From Bugula neritina (lineage: Eukaryota > Animalia > Bryozoa), in the NCBI GenBank assembly GCA_964035545.1, contig OZ037771.1:879628-943627 (forward strand): DNA of 64,000 nucleotides, in the 5' to 3' direction. Below are positions 52,101 through 64,000 of the stretch, in pieces. How positions within the stretch are numbered: position 1 is the stretch's first letter; each line of letters begins with the position of its first letter. Below the pieces are notes generated by a model, which saw nothing but the letters and a program-made list of their open reading frames with translations, was not told where the DNA came from and ran no database searches. The translations under genes were made by a program, and so were the position numbers.

Positions 52101-52677
52101 TACAGTGTCAGCTGTCATACTATACAGTGTCAGCTGTCATACTATGCAGTGTCAGCTGTCATACTATACAGAGTAAGCTGCCTACTATACACTATACAGT
52201 GTCAGCTGTCATACTATACAGTGTCAGCTGTCATACTATACAGTGTCAGCTGTCATACTATACAGCTGTCATACTATACAGTGACAGCTGTCATACTATG
52301 CAGTGTCAGCTGTCATACTATACAGTGTCAGCTGTCATACTATACAGTGTCAGCTGTCATACTATACAGTGTCAGCTGTCATACTATACAGTGTAAGCTG
52401 TCATACTATACAGTGTCAGCTGTCATACTGTGCAGTGTCAGATTTCTTGTATGTTCTAGGAATGGGGTTTGTAATCTTCCTTATATACGCTGCGTACAGA
52501 CTCAACAACGACTACAGTCTGTATATTCAAGAGACATTGCACAAGCCGGCGTGTATTCACACACCCACAGAGTTCAACCACGTTACCACCAAGCCATCTG
52601 ACGCAGCCCTGCTCAATCATTACAACTCCCCGCTCAACTCTCCAGGTGTACGTAGAAGAACAAATGCTCTTGTATAG
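43146..52677 (+). CDS. CATSPERB: Cation channel sperm-associated auxiliary subunit beta (20 coding exons)
   Basis: Signal peptide MWSLMRIFLLHVTVMA and a large ectodomain. Motifs match CATSPERB as recalled: KASPCS..VYLGVTF, FPTY..HPQ...FLFGEELWASYDTGATF, LPVNYRPPSALGIAIPLSHNIYNADPSKP, CGCT...SDC, GSGLYHFR..SYCTLQTEFVVYVDEPPVPYP, then a single C-terminal TM. Exons starting near 43146, 43748, 44206, 44904, 45273, 45910, 46365, 46996, 47397, 47915, 48203, 48546, 49254, 49807, 50154, 50626, 51223, 51486, 51889 and 52460 join without stops. Confidence 0.85.
46195..46340. repeat. 24-bp minisatellite abutting the CATSPERB exon-7 acceptor
   Basis: CTGTGCTATACACTGAGCTCTACG units. Confidence 0.85.
47491..47737. 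repeat. 19-bp minisatellite, most units carrying a consensus CAG|GTGAGT donor
   Basis: AGAGTATACAGGTGAGTAC-type units; the first copy is the real exon-9 donor. Confidence 0.9.
50985..51200. repeat. ~24-bp minisatellite before the CATSPERB exon-17 acceptor
   Basis: ACACTCA(C/T)CTACATATGTCACT units. Confidence 0.85.
51980..52440. repeat. 22-bp minisatellite filling most of the last CATSPERB intron
   Basis: GTGTCAGCTGTCATACTATACA units. Confidence 0.9.
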
Positions 52678-52969
52678 AACCTACTTGCTTCACTTTCTCT
52701 GTGTACAGTGAAATAAATTTAATACATTGCTGATGATTATCATTTATTTCTATCTACAATTGGCATTGTTCTGAAATAAGTTTGGAATGAATGAAACAGA
52801 GTGCAGCTACTACTCTCAGGTATGACACTGTTAATTGACATTAACCACAATCTACCGGCACTTTACATGTTCGCATTTCAACACTGGTTTCCGTTGGTTG
52901 ATAGAAAATGCTAATGGCTGCTGACTATAACCATGATTCAGAGCAGAATGATTAGTAAAGTTAGCGCTT

Positions 52970-57894
<4,925 letters not shown>

Positions 57895-58358
57895 GATACT
57901 GCAGGAGAAAGATGAGCTATTGATGTGACTTAGTGACAACAATAAGGACTGAATGTTGAACAATCAGCTCAGGTAGTATTCTCACTGGACAGTTTCATAT
58001 TATTGTTGTATTTAGCATAATGTTATATCATTGTTGTAATAGTGTTGTGCTATTGTTGTATTAGTGTTGTGCTATTGTTCTATTATTGTTGTGCTATTGT
58101 TGTATTAGTGTTGTATTATTTACTTGCATAGATAGAATACATGTAATGAATTCTCTACGTTGTAACACTAACATTGCATATGGAGCCAACAAACTGAATA
58201 TTTTTCAAGCTGACTAGTTTTATTTGTGATAATCAAAAGCCATAACGGAGCCTCAAAGTTTGTATGCCAAGTGTTGAGATACAGGATTTGGTTCTAAAGA
58301 GTATAAAATGTATTAGAATGTGAGTTAGCAAAGAGTCACGAGTCCATAGCCTGAGTTT

Positions 58359-60415
58359 CTACTTGAGGAACTTGGCGTGGTGGTTGAGGTGGTCCCCTAT
58401 GAACGTGGAGATGAAGAAGTAGCTGTGATCATAACCGTCCTGCATTCTCACAATGGCTTTCTGACAGGCAGTAGCACACGCTGTCTCTAGGTGGTCTGTC
58501 AGCAGTTGGCCATCAGAGAGGAACTGGTCAGCTGCACCCTAAACACCAATAAGAGCTCAGGCTACTAGATAGTAAGAACTTAGGTTATCAGATAGAAAGA
58601 ACCTAGGGACTACGGTATTGAGTTAAAAATAAATCATCCACAGATTAGTGTGGTAGAACTTAGTAGCTGTGAGGTGGAAAGGCAAACAGCGTACCTGGTC
58701 GACTAGAATATTCAGTGCTGGACCACTGTAGGTCTTCAAGAGTTGGCAACTGTCGTAGGCCTTCCAGGTGTCTTTGTTAGAGCCTAGGTAGCCGGTGAAG
58801 GCCTTCTGCCCCCAGGCGCACTCCATAGGGTTACAGATGGGAGAGAACGCCGAGACTGAAGAATACAAGCCTGGGTTCTTCAGGGCACAGATGAGCGCAC
58901 CGTGACCTCCCATACTGCAAGTAGAAAACAGGGCTAAATAAGTTTACACTATGCGTATGTCTTTCTTGTAGGTTTCAATGTGGATTGAGTGCCATATATT
59001 GCTATGCCAGTAAGTTCTGCATATTGAGCGTGCTCGGCAATAACAAACCTGTGTCCGGTGATGGATTGCTTCCCGCTGGTATTGAAATATTTATCTACGA
59101 GCTGCCGAAGTTCTGAGGTGACATAAGAGTACATCCTGTAGTTGGTCTTCCACGTCTCCTCCGTCGCATCAACATAGAAACCCGCTCCGCTGCCGAAGTC
59201 ATAGGAGTCATCTTCTCCCTCAATGTTGCACCCACCTACGGAGCATGTCAACACCTACATGGTCACAACTGACACCCTGGGCAGGTGAGTTCAGTACTAC
59301 ATCCCACCTATCAATTTGATCCCTACAGCTTCATCAGGTTCTCTTAATGTTTTATAATCTATGTCAGCTTTTAGGAATTATATTGACTACTGCATTACTA
59401 TTGCTGGAGTTAAATTAATTGATATGGGTGAATCCGTTTCAAACCATTTGCACTACCAAAAACAAGTCAATTAAATGTGCTCATATGGGTTCAATTACAC
59501 ATATTACATCTAAAAAAACCACAACTATATCTTCAAGAGCTTCCTGCAACAGGAGTTATAACTAAACATCTCATCTAAAGTAAAGCAAGATTACTGCTTG
59601 TTTTTAGGTTTGTAAATTGTGTAGATCAGTGGAGTGACTAGATACTGACGAGGGCTGGTGTCTGGGGCCACAATGATAACACCGTGTTCGGCAGCGTGCT
59701 GCTGAGCTCCCGCCTTAGTCACAAAGTTAGCCTCAGTGCAGGTCAGCCCGGACAGGTAGTAGAGGACAGGTAGCTTGTCCCCGTCGGCTTTAAACTGCGG
59801 GGGCAGGTACACACCAAACTTCATATCACACTTCAACTCAGTGCTACAAGACAACAAATTCTTCATATTTAAAATGATTTAACATTTTTCAACATTTTAA
59901 AATGATTTCTAAAAGTTGCTAAAATAAGGAATTAATGGGATCATCAAATTAACAACAGGATTTCATGTAATTTTGTTTGATAAACTTACAAACTGATGAA
60001 TAGAGACTATAACCATAAGTATAAGTATACATAAGCAATTAGCTAAGGCTAAACACTAACAGACAACAGTAGTACTAGTATTATTATTTAATATTATTAT
60101 TAATAATAATAATACATTTAATAATAGCTTTATTAAAACAATAAACTCAACTCAACTCTTATGGCAATCATTCTTATAGTAATAATTAATTAATACTAAT
60201 ACTAATACAGTAATAGTAATACTAATAGTAATACTAATACAGTAATAGTAATACTAATACTAATAGTAATAGCAAAAGTGATTTTAATCCTAGAACTAGA
60301 AGTAGATATTTCAATTAGAGTTTTACCTTGAGTGAGAATAGACTTGCTGCCATCCACCGAAACTTTTATTACTAGATACCTCTTTGAGATGATCATTTTT
60401 AGGAATTGGACCCAT
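58359..60415 (-). CDS. ESD: S-formylglutathione hydrolase (esterase D), 5 coding exons
   Basis: Exons (minus) 60415-60327, 59843-59650, 59235-59049, 58914-58695, 58538-58359 give [55 protein letters not shown], catalytic GHSMGG (split by an intron), DQG..DQFL and GYDHSYFFI. Confidence 0.95.
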
Positions 60416-61455
60416 ATTTGTTGCTATGAATTAAAAATAGTTCTCTAGAACCCCAACTTTTTTATAAATATACGATAACGCAAGTTGAAGTTTGACGTTA
60501 GCCTGCAGCACAAAAGGAACCGAGCCCTCGTTGCAGAACTTTGCATAAAGGAATAAATAGATGCAGTGCAAAGTTTGAGGTCAGTTATCGTTTAGCAATC
60601 GTTGACTGAACTCCAAACTCGATACTTCTCAATGGTTGCACTCAGTGTATGCCAAGTTTGCGCTGCTTCCAGGGATCTATTTTGCAAAGGACTAGCAAAA
60701 GAAAGTATAGAACGAGTTCTATAGTTTAGAACTGAATCCAAACCATTGAAAATATTTTTCATATATCCGTTTTATTTCTACCAGTCACGTTAAACCTGAA
60801 GCTAAATTTTCTTGTGCCAAGCATTTTACTAATAAGTTCATTTCCGCCTACAATTTCCGCTTCAGTCAATCCAAAGATAATAAAAGTAAAACTAAAGGCC
60901 ATGTCTAAAATAAGTAGGTTTCACTTCATTTAGTGCTTAACCTTTTTTTGTTATAGTCACAGCGATAGCTCACACAACCACATGTAATGATATAATTATA
61001 TAGATGTAATAATTAGTATTATTATTATTGTGTTTAAAATTGTTTTTTTAATATTAAACTAATTATTAAATTTAAAATAAAAATTAATATCCTAAATTAC
61101 TAATTTAAGTTACTATTAGTATTAGTATTAGTAATTTAGTATTTTCTAATTATTAGTAGTATTACTATAACTATTATCAACTTAGACTAAGACTTTCATT
61201 TAGAGTTATTATTACTACTTACTTTGAATTAAAATCATAACTAAAACTTTGTCTTTGACTATACCCAAATATAATATTAATACTAATACTAATAGTATCA
61301 ATAATATTTATACTTTTACTACACAGTATCAGTATGTCTAATAGTAACAGTATTAATATACTACTTTGACTTGTTCCTGTTACTAGTATTACTACTACTA
61401 GTAGTAGTAATACTGTACTACTACTAGTACTAGTAGTATTACTATTGTAGTAAAC

Positions 61456-62023
61456 TGTGGGTTATGAATGCAACTAGTGCTTGAACATACTCTTTGCGTT
61501 AGAGAGAATAAGCCAAGTATTTGAATACGAATGAAAGATAAACTTTATTTGCATCAGATACAGCTTATGTGGTCCTACTACCAGCGAGCTCCAGTAGTAG
61601 TCTGAATCTACACTGGAAACTCGCCTGCTTTTATACACAAGAATTCACATCTAGAATGTTCCAACAGACAAAAGAAAGTTAAGCTTGACAGTAACAAAAG
61701 AAAAATAGACAAAGGAGAATGAATAATTCAATAGGCCAAGAATTTAGCTATAATAACAACCTATTGAAGGCATTCATAAAAGCTACACAAATTTCCAGTA
61801 TCAGTATTAATGCAAAACGATGAAATAGCAAAAAGGGAAAATAACTCTGGAAATGCGTATTTAATGAAAATTACAGTATACTGAAAGCTTAATCACAATA
61901 ATAAGGCATTAGAAAGCTAGTGCAACTTAGCTACAATTACAGCATTCAAAATATACGCAACAGTAATTATAATACTGACACACGCAGTTACTTGAAAACA
62001 GTAGAGGATGAGAATCTATCACA
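61456..62023 (-). mobile_element. 3' LTR (568 bp) of the Ty3/Gypsy element
   Basis: On the minus strand a polypurine tract GGGGGGAGAA (62033-62024) is immediately followed by TGTG (62023), and the LTR ends CACA (61456). TATAAAA (~61635) lies upstream of AATAAA (~61549). The right boundary is better supported than the left. Confidence 0.7.
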
Positions 62024-62210
62024 TTCTCCCCCCATCGAAAAGCATCCCCTTTTCGATAACAAAACAATGATTCCACACAAAAAAAATGAAACACAAACGT
62101 AGAAAAATATGCGGTTAACAGGAAAGTATTATGATTAATCACACGTAACACGAGAACATTTACAGTTCAATTGGCTATTGCCAGCGGCCCCTGGTTGTCC
62201 GGTTTTATCA

Positions 62211-64000
62211 TTAGAGGTGGTGCACCAGGCTTTCTATCTCTTCTGTACTTGGATCGAGGATATGGGACCAGGCCTCGATTGCGCTATCCAGGACGCACTC
62301 TCGGTAAGGAAGTGCCATACTCTGCCCGTGACGGGGCAATTGTGGGTGGGTTGGCTGAGTCTGTTCTTCTATCTGGTTGCCTGGTGCTCCAGATATCCAA
62401 TACTGGCGGGCGACCAGGGCCCGAGGCATTGCCAGTATTGGAGGGTCCTCTTCGTCTCTGCCTGCGAGGTGGTCGCCGTATAGAGTGCCCTGCTCCTCCC
62501 CAGCTGTGAGCTGGAGCTCAACCGGTTCGGGGTCAGGGCCACTAACGCTGGCGGAACACACCTCGGAAGAGGGGGTGTCGTACTGCTGGCTGCGGGGAGC
62601 CGAAACAGGAGCTGGTGGGGGAGGGGAGTCGGATCGACTGGCCTCCTCGGTATCCTTACGCTCCTCTGTTTGGGTATCTGGCGAGGTAACTCCCATAGCT
62701 GATGCTAGTGTCTGAATAACAGTGTTTAAATTATACTTAGGGGTATCAGGATTACAATTCAACGTGAGCTGTAACTCACGTGCTAGCTGTGTGAAATCTT
62801 CTTCTTGGTGGAATTCTCCGGGGTGATGGAGGGAATTTCCAGCCAAGATGGGGTGGTCGTCCGTACTGGGTGGGTTGTCTTCATGAGGGGGCCACTCCAG
62901 GTGCCCTACAGCATAGTCTGCCAGATACCTAGGGGGTCTTCTTGACCGCTGGCTCCTCTCAATTGGAACAGGCACCGGTGGTGTTGGTGGCTCCTGTGCT
63001 ACCCTAGTAGGGGGGTCCCCGCCTTCACCCAACACGGGGGTGGGGGTGTCCTCCCCCAGGGAGGGTGGTGGTCCTAGGGCTTGCCGCTGTTCCTGTTCCC
63101 GCTCTTCTCTCTGCTGTCGCTCCAGCTGCTCTATCAAGGCGGCCTGCTCCTGGTCCGCCTCCCTGGGGACCATAATCTCCACCTCACGGGGCTGGGTGGC
63201 CCGTCCACGACGGTTGGGCTGACGGTGGGGCTCCAAGAGGGGTGGAGCCTGACCCACCGCGTCTGGGCTGGCATGGTAAGGTTTGAGGCGCTGCTCGCTC
63301 TGGACAGAGACCTGTCCAGAGCGCTCCACACGGTATGTGTGGTTGGGCAGCACCTCTACTACGCAGTAGGGGCCGACGAACTTGGGCTGAAGCTTAGCCG
63401 ACTGTCCGCGCCGCCTACGGTAACTCACCATCCAGACCCAGTCTCCCACTTGGTACAACGGGGGCTCTTCCGAGTCCTCTGTGCGGGTCTGCCACTGCTG
63501 GGTGCGCAGCGCATCATGAGCTTTGCCCATGATGTCCATCAGACCCTCCACATATTCGTGTACCGGTGACTCGGGGGCAGGAACATGGTACGTCAGGTGT
63601 TCCGGGACCCGCGTCTCTCGGCCTAACATCAGGAAGTTTGGGGTCTCCTGCGTGGCGGAGTGTGGTGTGCTGCGGTAAGCCCGCATGATCTGCGGCAGCA
63701 CCACGTCCCATTCTTCCTGACCTCGACCAAGCAGCAGGCTCCGGAGCGCGTCACCCAACATCCTGTTGTTCCGCTCGACGACTCCGTTCCCTTGCGGGTG
63801 ATATGGGGTGGTCCGACTCTGGTTCACCCCCCATATCCGGCAGAGGTCTCCCATGAGCTGGGACTGGAACTGGGCGCCCTGGTCCGTATGTATCTGCTCG
63901 GGTAAACCGAGGTAACAGAACACATGTTGGTCCAGGGTCCGGGCCACCGTGGGGGCGGTGGCGTCTGGAATAGCCAGAGCATCCGCCCACCGGGTAAAGT
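62211..64000 (-). mobile_element. Ty3/Gypsy LTR retrotransposon pol C-terminus (integrase); element continues past the right edge
   Basis: Open frame with integrase core LPEQIHTDQGAQF, TTPYHPQGNGVVER and GPY/F motif KLQPKFVGPY, followed by RSQRSRRPPRYLADY. GC content is far above the flanking DNA. Confidence 0.92.

Noticed and set aside
62171-63905. Plus-strand ORFs over the retrotransposon
   Set aside because: Antisense shadows of a GC-rich integrase ORF.

Overview
AT-rich, intron-rich metazoan (invertebrate-like) genomic DNA. Genes were assembled by hand from splice signals and reading-frame phase. In order: (1) first coding exon of a minus-strand secreted protein; (2) an 8-exon FYTTD1/UIF-like mRNA-export adaptor with an expanded RG repeat; (3) a ~33 kb head-to-tail array of four divergent IAP (BIR-UBA-like-RING) genes, each with a different architecture, showing exon duplication, patchwork sequence exchange, a frameshifted RING tail and a spare terminal RING exon; (4) a Gypsy LTR relic and a non-autonomous hAT element between IAP3 and IAP4; (5) an apparently intact 20-exon CatSper-beta gene; (6) a minus-strand EGF/EB-module type I membrane protein; (7) esterase D (S-formylglutathione hydrolase); (8) the 3' half (integrase, PPT, 3' LTR) of a Ty3/Gypsy element running off the window. 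The most unusual pervasive pattern is that many introns are filled by minisatellites that start at the splice donor or end at the acceptor, often copying the splice site into every unit. Most long ORFs in the supplied track are artefacts of these repeats.
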